Positions 19,816 through 29,520 of a stretch of DNA of 64,000 nt are shown here, piece after piece. The translations under genes were made by a program, and so were the position numbers. The notes under the pieces were generated by a model, which saw nothing but the letters and a program-made list of their open reading frames with translations, was not told where the DNA came from and did not search any database. Location of the stretch: the sequence record OM634661.1. The stretch is one strand, 5' to 3'. Numbering within the stretch: the stretch's first letter is position 1; each line of letters begins with the position of its first letter.

Positions 19816-19847
19816 ATTATATAAACCTATTCAATTGAGAGTGTCAA
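19816..19847 (-). promoter_or_regulatory. sigmaA-like promoter of nrdIE
   Basis: TTGACA at 19847-19842, with TATATA/TATAAT 18-20 nt downstream (spacing suboptimal). Confidence 0.45.
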
Positions 19848-19880
19848 TAAAGTGTAAGGGATAATTTTTGTCAACAAGAT

Positions 19881-20459
19881 TTATTTGATTTCAACATAAA
19901 ATTTAGAGGATAATTCTTTCTTTAACTTCTCTGCATTTTCCACAGACGTTTTGCTTAGATATCTTAAAACTTGATCCAATTTGATATATATTTCGCCTTG
20001 TTGAAGAAGCATATCTCTTTTTAAGATCCTAGAGACAATAATGTTTTTTGATTTATATTGCATCATGTCAGCAATATATTGAGAAGAAACATAAACAACA
20101 TTTTTCAATACAACATAGTTAGGATCTTCTTGTTCATGAATTTCATTTGAATCAAAATCTTGCTCTAAGAAATTTTCTAGCCATTTATATAATTTATTAG
20201 CATTGGGTTTTCTAGATCTCTCAATCACATCAAGTGCTGTGTCACCATCAATAAATGTAAGAGTTGTTGTAAACTTAATCTTAATCTTTTTTTCATCTTT
20301 TACACGCTTATTCATTACTTGATGAGGATACAAGTAACCTAATGTAACAGCAATATCTTTTGAAAGAAATAAAAATTGATCATCTCTTTTTATATAACGA
20401 ATAGGATGATTAATAAAATAACTGGTTTGTAATTTTTCTGATGATTCGTTTGTTTTCAT
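19881..20459 (-). CDS. Bro-N-like (antirepressor-type) DNA-binding protein
   Basis: IRYIKRDDQFLFLSKDIAVTLGY resembles Bro-N; a second degenerate copy YVSSQYIADMMQY; ATG 20459 after GGAGG. Confidence 0.55.
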   Translation of the reverse strand: MKTNESSEKLQTSYFINHPIRYIKRDDQFLFLSKDIAVTLGYLYPHQVMNKRVKDEKKIKIKFTTTLTFIDGDTALDVIERSRKPNANKLYKWLENFLEQDFDSNEIHEQEDPNYVVLKNVVYVSSQYIADMMQYKSKNIIVSRILKRDMLLQQGEIYIKLDQVLRYLSKTSVENAEKLKKELSSKFYVEIK

Positions 20460-20477
20460 GTTCATACCTCCTAATAT

Positions 20478-20613
20478 AAAAAACAGCCTAGTCCTCGTAA
20501 GGAACATAGGCTAGGTCCGTAATGTGAAATGTGTGTATTCCTTCATTGTCAGATAGGATGTATATGATATTGCCGTATCATATTTCAGCACGTATTATTT
20601 CTGTGTTAATCTC
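20478..20613 (-). ncRNA. candidate small RNA or attenuated 5' leader (~135 nt)
   Basis: Downstream of a perfect sigmaA promoter; internal 8-bp hairpin 20562-20583; terminator AGCCTA..TAGGCT-GTTTTTT at 20478-20512, just before the RBS; no ORF. Confidence 0.45.
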
Positions 20614-20619
20614 TAAGTA

Positions 20620-20648
20620 ATTATAATCTTTGCATATTTGAATGTCAA
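20620..20648 (-). promoter_or_regulatory. consensus sigmaA promoter
   Basis: TTGACA-17 nt-TATAAT. Confidence 0.85.
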
Positions 20649-20680
20649 ACAGTTTAAATGATTTTATGACATTTATTTAT

Positions 20681-20902
20681 AAAAGAAGCTCGGCTGAAGT
20701 TGTCATCTTCTAAACCAAGCTTCTTTAAAAGTGGAGTTGATAAACTAAAAGAGTCTCAATATTACTCATCAAGGATAAAGGTGACGAACCCATATCTAAA
20801 TACATAGAATATTCACATATGGATGAATCATCTAGATAGTAGGTATGAGTGATTGTAAAATGAGAAACAACCACTCATGATAAGGATATAAAAGTAAGCC
20901 CA
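20681..20902 (-). ncRNA. candidate small RNA (~220 nt)
   Basis: Promoter TTGCAT-17-TATACT (20937-20909); 12-bp hairpin 20845-20878; terminator AAGAAGCTTGGTT..AGCCGAGCTTCTTTT (20681-20726); no RBS-led ORF. Confidence 0.5.
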
Positions 20903-20947
20903 AGCAGTAGTATACTTTATTTTTTATAAAGATGCAATAAGGTCTTT

Positions 20948-21151
20948 TTATTTCAGATAAACAACATATCCATCTTTCGGATGAAGATCGACAAGAAGTT
21001 TTTCTTCATCATCAGATTCAATTTTCTTTTTGTAATCAATGGCTTCTTCTTCTGTGTCAAATCGAATTAAGGTTTTTCTAGAAGACCATTTTTCTCTCCA
21101 TCCTTCAGGTGGATTCTGAAAGGCTTCACGCCATTTCTGATCCATAATCAA
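20948..21151 (-). CDS. hypothetical protein
   Basis: 67-aa ORF, RBS GGGGTG. Confidence 0.6.
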   Translation of the reverse strand: MIMDQKWREAFQNPPEGWREKWSSRKTLIRFDTEEEAIDYKKKIESDDEEKLLVDLHPKDGYVVYLK

Positions 21152-21761
21152 TCACCCCAAGGTCATTTTTAAATGCTTCTTTTATTTTTGATGCATACAT
21201 TCTTGATACATGACCAAGCATGATTTCGTCATCACAGTTCGGACATTTCAATAAAGGTACATTTTTTACTTGAACTATTGTGTCAAAGATACGACCATCT
21301 TGATCTTTCAAAACCATTTCATACTGAATTCCGCAAATACATGTTGTGGAGAAACTATCTTTTTCAAATAAATTTTTAGTAAAAGCATCGTGAATCTTTT
21401 TAGCCCAAAAATCTGGCCCTTGATGCTGTGCAAAAATAATATCGTCATCTATTTTAGAAGATACTTCTTCAGACATCACAAGTTGTTTTGCAAGATCATC
21501 AGATAGTTTATATTCATGTTTCAAATTGAAAACAACTTCATATTTAAAATCATCTTTTTTTATTTTCAATTGTTCATATTTTTCAGTTCTTTGCTTTACT
21601 GAATTGTATAGATTGTTATATCTAGTCCTTGCATTAATTCTCAAATGATATAGAAGATTTTTATCATTCATCATTTGAGAATATTCTTCTAACATCCTTT
21701 TTTCTTCTCTTGTAACAAATATCTCCATAAGAAAAAACATCCTTTCAAATAATCTTACCAA
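21126..21761 (-). CDS. hypothetical protein with C-terminal YgiT/MqsA-type zinc finger
   Basis: TCICG...VKNVPLLKCPNCDD. Confidence 0.65.
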   Translation of the reverse strand: MVRLFERMFFLMEIFVTREEKRMLEEYSQMMNDKNLLYHLRINARTRYNNLYNSVKQRTEKYEQLKIKKDDFKYEVVFNLKHEYKLSDDLAKQLVMSEEVSSKIDDDIIFAQHQGPDFWAKKIHDAFTKNLFEKDSFSTTCICGIQYEMVLKDQDGRIFDTIVQVKNVPLLKCPNCDDEIMLGHVSRMYASKIKEAFKNDLGVIDYGSEMA

Positions 21762-22063
21762 ATAGAACCAATAAGATAATCGTATTTATAAGAAAAAGAG
21801 ATTTTCTGTCCAGATTTCGCTTTGTTGATAAGGCTTTCCATTCTTTTCTTTAGAATAGGAAGTCTTTGTTCTAAAGAAATTGAAACAAGTTGAATTTGTC
21901 TTTGAAGTAAATCAATGGTGTATTGTGAAGTTGAATTTAATAAGTCTTTTTTGAGTCCTTCTAGATGTTCATTAGATACTTTAATTTGTTTTAATAAATC
22001 TTGATATTCAGATTCCAATTCAGATAAAGACATAATTTCGTATAATTCATCGTAATGAGCCAT
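21755..22063 (-). CDS. hypothetical coiled-coil protein
   Basis: 102-aa ORF, RBS GGAGG. Confidence 0.65.
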   Translation of the reverse strand: MAHYDELYEIMSLSELESEYQDLLKQIKVSNEHLEGLKKDLLNSTSQYTIDLLQRQIQLVSISLEQRLPILKKRMESLINKAKSGQKISFSYKYDYLIGSIW

Positions 22064-22084
22064 TTTATTCCCTCCTAATTATAT

Positions 22085-22282
22085 TCAAGATAAAGATTTG
22101 ATATCTACTTGAGTACCTTCAAATGAAATCAGTTCTTTAAATGAGTCAATTGCTTGTTGTTTTGCCTCTTCTTCTGAAGAAGCTTTTATTTTAATTTTAA
22201 TCTTAGCCAAATAAGCTTTTTCTTCAGAATCTGTAAAGACGGCTACTTTTAAAGTAAATAGATATCGAGAAGGTTTTTCCAT
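22085..22282 (-). CDS. hypothetical protein
   Basis: 65-aa ORF, RBS AAGGAG. Confidence 0.6.
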   Translation of the reverse strand: MEKPSRYLFTLKVAVFTDSEEKAYLAKIKIKIKASSEEEAKQQAIDSFKELISFEGTQVDIKSLS

Positions 22283-22334
22283 TTAGATTCTCCTTCCTAT
22301 ATATTAATAAAGGAGCCAAAAGGCCCCTTTATCA

Positions 22335-23638
22335 TCAACTTGGATTTAAAATATGTTTATTGATTCTTTTAGGAATTGTTACCTTTTGTGCAATAATCGT
22401 TCTTTGTTCGTAATTAGGATTTGAGTTGAATTTAATCGTAAGATTCATCTTTAGAATCAATCCTTGTTGAAGTCTAGCATCCAAAGCAGCATACTGCTCT
22501 GGGAAGATAATGACTTTCTTATTCCCTTCAAGAGTATCAACATTGATGATTGCCATTGGCTGCTGAGTCATTTTTGTCTTAGTCTCAACAACATGAGTGA
22601 CAATACCAGCTGTTTGAAATCTTTCATCAAAATCCATTCCATCCCAATCAATCGGCTGTGCAATATCTTCTAAAGGATGTCCACTAACAAAGATACCGAT
22701 TAACTTATGTTCAAGATTATATTGATCTACTTTTGTGAAATTATTGATTTGTTCTGTAAGATCAATATTATCTCCCCTCATTTTCAGTACAGTATCAAAT
22801 ATGTGCATTCGTGTTGGAAGAGCTTTTATTTGTTCATCAATAGTATCAAGAGCGCCAGAGAAAATAAGAGCTTCAATTGCTTTTTTATTTAATTGTTTTT
22901 TAGGGACAGTTTCAATTAAATGAGACATTGATTCAAAAGGTCTCGCTTCCATAATATTATGAATAGCAGCTTCACCAAGTCCCTTAATAGATCCTAATCC
23001 ATAAATTAAATCAGAACCATTAATAGTGAATCCTTTTTGAGAAAGATTAATATCAGGTGGCTTAATTCCAATACCCATTCGTTTAGCTTCTGCAATATAT
23101 TCTGTTACTTTATCTTCGTCATCACCAAAGATAGTTAAAAGAGCAGCCATGAATTCTATTGGATAATATGTTTTGAAATAAGCAGTTTGATATGCAACAA
23201 ATGCATATGCTGCACTATGGGAACGGTTAAACCCATACCCTACGAAAGGTTCAATCATTTCGATCATTTTATCTGCTAATTCCTTAGAATGTCCTTTGCC
23301 AAGAATTCTTTCATGTAATTCTTTAAGTGCAGGTCTCATAACAGACTCTTTCTTTTTACCTACAGCTTTTCTAAGAATATCAGATTCACCAGCGGTATAC
23401 CCAGCCAGCTTAACAGCTAATTGCATGATTTGTTCTTGATAAACTAAGATACCAAAGGTTGACTTTGTTACTTCTTCAACTTCTGGAGAAAGATACTCAA
23501 ATTCCTTCATACCGTTTGCCCTTGCCTGGAACTCTGGAATATTCTCCATTGGACCTGGACGATAAAGGGCAATGCCAGCATTGAGAATCTCAAAGTCTAC
23601 TTCGTTCATACCTTTGAACATCTTTTGCATACCTGGTG
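22335..23638 (-). CDS. dnaE: DNA polymerase III alpha subunit, exon 2
   Basis: ALYRPGPM, GILVYQEQIM, YGFNRSHSAAYA, GLGSIKGLG, C-terminal OB fold; splicing restores FQIE-SPG-MQKM. Confidence 0.93.
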
Positions 23639-24637
23639 CACGTTATCCCATATTACTATGGGCGCTGACTATATCATCTCATCTCTTTTGTGGTAAAGAG
23701 ACTTTGCCTTGCGCTTCGAACGGTAGCTTATCCCCGCCCTACGTCCCTATCGGGATAGTCGATTCACATTTATATTTAGGTATTGGGAATGTCAGTGAAA
23801 CCAAATTTCCACCCTTTATAATGAGGTCTTTCTCCTCTAGCCACTCTCCTAATGGAATTATCATTAAGATTGTGATCTAAAGAAAATTGAACAGCATTAT
23901 CAAATGTATAATATTCATTATCTGGAGATATAGCATAATAAAGATATTTTGTCTTCCTTCTTTGCTTCTCTTTATTAGATCGAGCTATGTTTTCAGATAA
24001 AAATATCCATTGGCAGTTTAAAGGTTCGTAATTACCAGAACTATGAATCCTATCTATTGTTAATCCATCCTTATATCCATTTGAAATAGACCAATTATAG
24101 AAAGAGTTAAAATCATGCCATTCTTCACAAAGGATAATACCTTTAGCTCCATAATTATGGTAACTGGCATGTCTTTCATAATAACATCTTTCTTTAATCC
24201 CCCACCAAATTTTATATAAAGGATGGTTAGATAGACCATTCAAAGTCTTTGTAATGCAACCACAAGACTTGGTATGTCCTGTTGTTAGCTTGCCCCTATA
24301 AACATAGAGTGTACTTCCACATTCACATTCACATTTCCATTTGGTTCCGTTTGAGACTTTTTGATATTCATCTAATACCGTAAGTTTGCCAAACGTTTTT
24401 CCAACAATGTCTTTGTTGATTGGTTTCATTCATACCATCTCCTTCAAAGACATTATACCATAAATAATTTAGCACAGCGATCCTCCTCAGCACCACCTGT
24501 AGGAATCCCCTGTTAGCCTGATTACAAATAAGTCATTTCCTACTTAAAGCCAAATGGCTTAATCAGACACCCCATAGCTAGTGGGTTCACAAGATTCTTC
24601 GATGGGATGTCACCACCCCAAAGGAGCCGTTATATCA
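23639..24637 (-). mobile_element. group I (IA-like) self-splicing intron, 999 nt, in dnaE
   Basis: 5' exon ends in U (GAG U|); IGS GCUCCUUUGG pairs with CCAAAUUGAGU including the U-G pair; P7 GACUA (23760-23756) / GAUAUAGUC; P9 CCCAUA-GUAA-UAUGGG; terminal G at 23639; in-frame ligation gives GAG TCA CCA GGT ATG. Confidence 0.88.
23776..24429 (-). CDS. intron-encoded HNH-type homing endonuclease
   Basis: FGKLTV..WKCECECG..SCGC, YKIWWGIKERC, YGAKGI.LCEEW, TIDRI..GNYEPLNCQW, C-terminal NUMOD1-like HTH; RBS GAAGGAG and an extended -10 TGGTATAAT (24460-24452). Confidence 0.85.
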   Translation of the reverse strand: MKPINKDIVGKTFGKLTVLDEYQKVSNGTKWKCECECGSTLYVYRGKLTTGHTKSCGCITKTLNGLSNHPLYKIWWGIKERCYYERHASYHNYGAKGIILCEEWHDFNSFYNWSISNGYKDGLTIDRIHSSGNYEPLNCQWIFLSENIARSNKEKQRRKTKYLYYAISPDNEYYTFDNAVQFSLDHNLNDNSIRRVARGERPHYKGWKFGFTDIPNT

Positions 24638-26705
24638 ACTCAATTTGGAATAAACCTAATGTATGACCTTCTTTAATGGTTTTAAATACTTTCGGATCTG
24701 TAGGCTCTAATGCATCTGGATTGATTTCAACACCATGTCTTTCTTTCACAAGATTCCTTGCGATATCAATGACAGATAAGTTTTTAAGACCTAATAGATC
24801 AAACTTGATGTATCCTATTTCTTCTAATAGAGGCCCCTCATATTGAGTAACAACCTCACCATTCTTACCTCTAGAAATAGGAATATTTTTAGCAAGAGGT
24901 TGGTTTGCAATTACAATTCCACAAGCATGAATAGATGAAGATCTAGGTAACTTTTCTACCTTCAAAGCTGTTTCAAATAAGTCAGGATATCTTTGCTGCC
25001 ATTCTCTTAAAGCTGGCACTTCTTCTAAAGATTGTTGAATAGTATATGTCTTACCAAACTTTGAAGGAATGAGCTTATTCATTTCATTAATTAGATTATG
25101 ATCAATTCCAAGTCCTCGACCAACATCCTTAAATGCAGCTTTAGTTGATAATGTAGTGTAAGTACCAATCTGAGCAACATTTTCTTCACCATATTTGTTT
25201 GTAATATAGTCAATAACCTCATGTCTTCTAAGGTAATCGAAATCTATATCGAAATCTGGAAATGTAGGTCTTTCTGGATTAAGAAAACGCTCAAATAAAA
25301 GGTTATACTTAATAGGATCAATGTTCACTATTTTTAATAGATAAGCAGTTAATGATCCTGCTCCGCTACCACGCCCTGGACCTACCAGTATACCATTGTC
25401 TTTAGCATACTTGATAAAGTCCCAAACGATTAAGAAGTAACCAGAGAATCCTTTTTCTTTAATAACACTTAATTCATAGTTCAATCTCTCTTGATACTCA
25501 TCAATATCAATGTCTTGTTCAAGAGCCATTTCAAATAAATATTGACTTGTGAGATGAGATAGATAATTATCAAAGTCATATCCTTGTGGAACAGTGAATT
25601 CTGGAAGCTTAATCTTTCCAAGCTCTAATTCTACATTACATCTTTGAGCAACATCATATGCATTTTCTAATGCTTCTTGAGGTATGCCATGTTCAATCAT
25701 TTCCTTTGAACTCATGAAGTAACAATGCTCATATACAGAGATATCAGAATCATCTTCTGATTTACCGATTGTTGTTAAAGCAGCATGAATTGGCTTTTCA
25801 TCTTTTGTTAACATGTGAGCATCACTTGTTGCGATAAGTGGAATATCAAGCTCTTTACTCCACTGCTTTAATACTTCATTAACTAATATTTGTTCTGGCA
25901 TATCAGATGGTTGAATTTCTAAGTAGAGTTCATCAAAACATTCTTGATAGAATTTGATCAGGTTTTTTGCTACTTTATATTTACCTTGCCTAATCAATTG
26001 CGGTATCTCACCTCCGAGACAGGAAGTTGTAGCAATGAGACCTTTACCATATTTTTTAATGAGTTCATAATCTGCACGAGGTTTGAAATAGAATCCTTCT
26101 AGAAAGGCTCGGCTTGTTAATTCTAATAGATTAGAATAACCTTCATTGTTCTTAGCTATAAGAAGAAGGTGTGCCATATTAGGTCGCCATGAAAAATGAT
26201 TACTCATTGTCTTATTAGGAACAGCATGTACAAGTTTAAGCCTCTTGTTTTTCATCTGCTGCTTATATTCTTCTAGTTCTGTCCAATGTGCATCAGTATA
26301 CATTTCTTCTGGAAGTTCTATAAACTCATCAGAATCCTTCAAATCTTTTTTAGGAATAACAAAGGAATCTTCAATCTTATAGATAGGCTTGTTGAATTCG
26401 GCTTTTTTCCAGTGCCTATTTGGTGTGATATAAACTTCGCATCCAAGAATAGGTTTAATGCCTTTCTCTTTTGCTTTCTTATAGAACTCTACATGAGACT
26501 GGCATGTACCATGTTCACTCACTCCAACAGAGTCCATTCCATACTCTAATACTAAATCCATTAAATCATCAATTCGACAAAATCCATCAAGTAAACTCCA
26601 AGGTGTGTGAAGATGAAGATGTGTAAAGTTACATACCTTGTGTGGATTTTGTGTTTGCTTGACATCCTGTTTAGTTGCAACAGCTAAAGATAAATCTTGA
26701 GTCAA
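24638..26705 (-). CDS. dnaE: DNA polymerase III alpha subunit, exon 1 (PHP and palm)
   Basis: HLHLHTPWSLLDG, VGPGRGSGAGSL, FERFLNPER..PDFDIDF, HACGIVI, KFDLLGL, GLFQIE; TTG start at 26705 after GGAGGG. Confidence 0.95.
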
Positions 26706-26791
26706 ACGAATCCCTCCTATTATTTTGATCAATCAGAACATAACACTTTTAAAAAATAAAGTCACCTCCTTTTAATTAAATGATGAAAAAA

Positions 26792-27157
26792 TTATTCTTT
26801 AACTTGTTGTTCGAATCTATCTTTCAACAATTGAATAGCTTCTTGATCATCAAGATACTCAGGGATTAAAAAGAAGGATCTATAGGAATAATGAAAATCT
26901 TCTAATTTATAAGTATAGTATTTAATATCTAAATCGTAATCAGTCCTTGCATCCCATACTGTTTTTATTCTAGTAATTTTTCCTATGGATTTTTCCATTT
27001 CTCTAACAAAATCGAATAAACCAGATTTTTGATAAATAGTTTGCTTTCCTTCATCATTAATAGCAGGAGTAATAATACGGACTCTATCTCCTTCTTTAAA
27101 CTTAAATAATGGTTCCTTTGGTATGGGTTTTAGACCAGGTAATATAAATTCACTCAT
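26792..27157 (-). CDS. hypothetical protein (KOW/SH3-like start FKEGDRVRI)
   Basis: 121-aa ORF, RBS AAGGAGG. Confidence 0.65.
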   Translation of the reverse strand: MSEFILPGLKPIPKEPLFKFKEGDRVRIITPAINDEGKQTIYQKSGLFDFVREMEKSIGKITRIKTVWDARTDYDLDIKYYTYKLEDFHYSYRSFFLIPEYLDDQEAIQLLKDRFEQQVKE

Positions 27158-27173
27158 AAAAAATCCTCCTTTA

Positions 27174-27491
27174 TTAGTTTTTTGACAAACCTCTTCTTGC
27201 TTTTAGAATGCGATACAAAAGTTTTTCTTCGAAATCACAAAATCCAGAAGGATATTTAGATATTTGACCATCATGACTAATTGTTAAGTGATGTGTCCTA
27301 TATTTAAAAGCAATTTCACTAGGAGGTATTACACCTTCAGCAACCAACATTTTAAATGCAGTAATGATATTGTCTGTAGATACACAAAGAATATCTTGAT
27401 CATTATGCGAATTAAATAAGCTCAATGCTTTTTCTTCGCATTGATAATCAGAGACAGCAATACCATAACTTGAATATTCAATGATTAACAT
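27174..27491 (-). CDS. hypothetical protein
   Basis: 105-aa ORF, RBS AAGGAG. Confidence 0.7.
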   Translation of the reverse strand: MLIIEYSSYGIAVSDYQCEEKALSLFNSHNDQDILCVSTDNIITAFKMLVAEGVIPPSEIAFKYRTHHLTISHDGQISKYPSGFCDFEEKLLYRILKARRGLSKN

Positions 27492-27504
27492 AAATAGTCT
27501 CCTT

Positions 27505-27846
27505 TTATTTAGTGACTTCTTTTACATCAATGATTCCAGATTGAGCAGTCCATCCTTTAATCTCTTCTACTAAATCACATCCAAGTTCATTTAAAACAGA
27601 TTGATTATATGTGACCTCTAACAGTATTGTTTTATGGTTATGATAGTATTCCTGAATAAGACAGACAACCTCTGGAAAGGCTTTATAGACTAATGATGTT
27701 GAATGCTTAAAATCATTAATATTCATAAAGCCATTTTTTAATTGATCTACAACATATTCTAAACGATATTTCTTCAGTGTTGGAAAATCATTAGATTTTT
27801 GAATCAAGTGTTCAATGATTTTATTAGTTATATCTGAATGTGTCAT
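27505..27846 (-). CDS. hypothetical protein
   Basis: 113-aa ORF, RBS AGGTG. Confidence 0.65.
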   Translation of the reverse strand: MTHSDITNKIIEHLIQKSNDFPTLKKYRLEYVVDQLKNGFMNINDFKHSTSLVYKAFPEVVCLIQEYYHNHKTILLEVTYNQSVLNELGCDLVEEIKGWTAQSGIIDVKEVTK

Positions 27847-27847
27847 C

Positions 27848-28237
27848 TTACTTCACACCTTTTTCATTTTTATCAATTACTTCTTTAATTTCTTTAAGTT
27901 TTTTGTAGGATAATGAATTCAAAGATTGTTGAATAGACTCTCTTAAATCTTTTTTTTCGTTTGAAATTTTAACTGTATTCCAATAAACATCAGGGTCAAT
28001 ATAAGCAATCATTGTTTCAAGACCTATTTTACAGGTCATTGTTTTTAAAGAAAATCTCCATTCAATATCAATATTAGAGTTTGGTTCACGAAGATAAAAA
28101 CTAGATTTATTTACTTTTGTTACTTCTAATTCTTTTAAATTAGGTTTAGTTGAAGCAAAAGATACATAATTTACATAAATTTTTTGACCTACATTAATTT
28201 GAGCTGCCATACCACTTCCACCTTTCATCATCATCAT
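27848..28237 (-). CDS. hypothetical phage protein
   Basis: 129-aa ORF (true start probably MAAQI); VTKVNKSSFY beta-barrel-like motif. Confidence 0.65.
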   Translation of the reverse strand: MMMMKGGSGMAAQINVGQKIYVNYVSFASTKPNLKELEVTKVNKSSFYLREPNSNIDIEWRFSLKTMTCKIGLETMIAYIDPDVYWNTVKISNEKKDLRESIQQSLNSLSYKKLKEIKEVIDKNEKGVK

Positions 28238-28730
28238 TTTTATATTTTGAAGGATTTGTTGGAATCAATTGAATTTTTCCATCTTTAAATTCATAAAAAT
28301 CACTTCTATCCCATTCTTCATACAAATATTCTATATGGTCTGAATGAGAAATGATATGAGGAAGAACTTCATCAAAGAAGACTTCTATTTCACCTGCATT
28401 ATTTATGCTACATTGAAATGTCCAATATCCATTTCCCATATCAATATTTCTCTGGAATCCGTCCGTTGCATTCTCATGTTCATCTTCCCAACTGGATGGC
28501 ATATAAGCCAAAGCACCACGAGGAATAAATTCAGCTCTACCTAAATAAGCATAATCATATAAAAAAGGAAATTGATTGACAAAGGTTCTCCAATCTTCGT
28601 ATTCATTTATCGCTTGAATCATTGAACGGTATTCTTCTTTGACATATACTTTTATACGCAATCCAGTATACATACCCATTTCGATCATCCTTTTTAGTTT
28701 GTAAAATAAAACAAGAAAAGCCCAATGCAA
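28194..28730 (-). CDS. hypothetical phage protein
   Basis: ORF in the series (start probably MGMYTG); overlaps neighbours only at alternative starts. Confidence 0.65.
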   Translation of the reverse strand: MHWAFLVLFYKLKRMIEMGMYTGLRIKVYVKEEYRSMIQAINEYEDWRTFVNQFPFLYDYAYLGRAEFIPRGALAYMPSSWEDEHENATDGFQRNIDMGNGYWTFQCSINNAGEIEVFFDEVLPHIISHSDHIEYLYEEWDRSDFYEFKDGKIQLIPTNPSKYKNDDDERWKWYGSSN

Positions 28731-28768
28731 TAAGCAAAGGGCTAATTTTAATTATTATTAATAAGAGA

Positions 28769-29068
28769 TTAATTTTCAGAATCATTTTCAGATAGAGACT
28801 TTTTTGTATCTTGGAAATTAGAAATCTCCTCTAATATATCTATTTTACCATCTGCATATTCGTAGGACATTTCATGTTCATTAAGTTGATCGTCTTTAAA
28901 TGATATTAAAAAACCATATGGATCTTTTTTAATTACAGCATCATATACTTTATTTTTTGTTAAGAAAGTTTTTTTTGTTTTTTTACCTTGCCAATTAGTT
29001 TTATAATTAGAAACATTTGCAATAAATTTGAACTTTTGACCTTCTTTAAAATCTTCAAAGTATAGCAT
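28769..29068 (-). CDS. hypothetical protein
   Basis: 99-aa ORF, RBS AGGAG. Confidence 0.65.
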   Translation of the reverse strand: MLYFEDFKEGQKFKFIANVSNYKTNWQGKKTKKTFLTKNKVYDAVIKKDPYGFLISFKDDQLNEHEMSYEYADGKIDILEEISNFQDTKKSLSENDSEN

Positions 29069-29096
29069 ATGTTTAATCTCCTACTCTCACTTGAAT

Positions 29097-29495
29097 TTAT
29101 TCATAAGTTACATCTTTAATATGATCTTTTTGCATAAGAATAACTCCAAGGTCAATGTCCTCATTCCAAATATCTAATGCTCTTTCAATGATTTCATCCT
29201 CTGTAGAATGAAGCATTTCCTCATCTTCAAGATTAACCTGAACTGATCTTTCAAAAACAACAGTAGCTGATTTTGCATCATTTTGTCTTAAAGATGGTTC
29301 TACTTGTTTTAGTTTTTTGTTAGAACATTCTATATTAATAGCAAGTGGATTGTTCTCATTTTGAATATCATCACTATCAAAAAGTGATAAAAAGTGTTTA
29401 TCAAGTGGAATATTATTATCACCATCCCATACAAACACTTCTTGATTTTCATCAAAATTTCGCAATGCACCAATTAATTCTTTAACAGTTGCCAT
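29097..29495 (-). CDS. hypothetical acidic protein
   Basis: 132-aa ORF, RBS AAGGAGG. Confidence 0.7.
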   Translation of the reverse strand: MATVKELIGALRNFDENQEVFVWDGDNNIPLDKHFLSLFDSDDIQNENNPLAINIECSNKKLKQVEPSLRQNDAKSATVVFERSVQVNLEDEEMLHSTEDEIIERALDIWNEDIDLGVILMQKDHIKDVTYE

Positions 29496-29520
29496 AATAA
29501 ATCCTCCTTTTCAGAATTAA

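Noticed and set aside
20478-20902. Known riboswitch or tRNA in the intergenic RNAs
   Set aside because: I could not match purine, SAM, preQ1, c-di-GMP, fluoride, T-box or tRNA signatures by eye. An Rfam scan is needed.
22335-26732. dnaE as a naturally split or intein-containing gene
   Set aside because: There are no intein terminal motifs, and group I P1/P7/P9 elements with an in-frame U|...G| junction explain the break.
26740-26775. Orphan AAGGAGGTGAC RBS-like motifs (here and at 59455-59465) as further minigenes
   Set aside because: There is no start codon at usable spacing, unlike at 37172.
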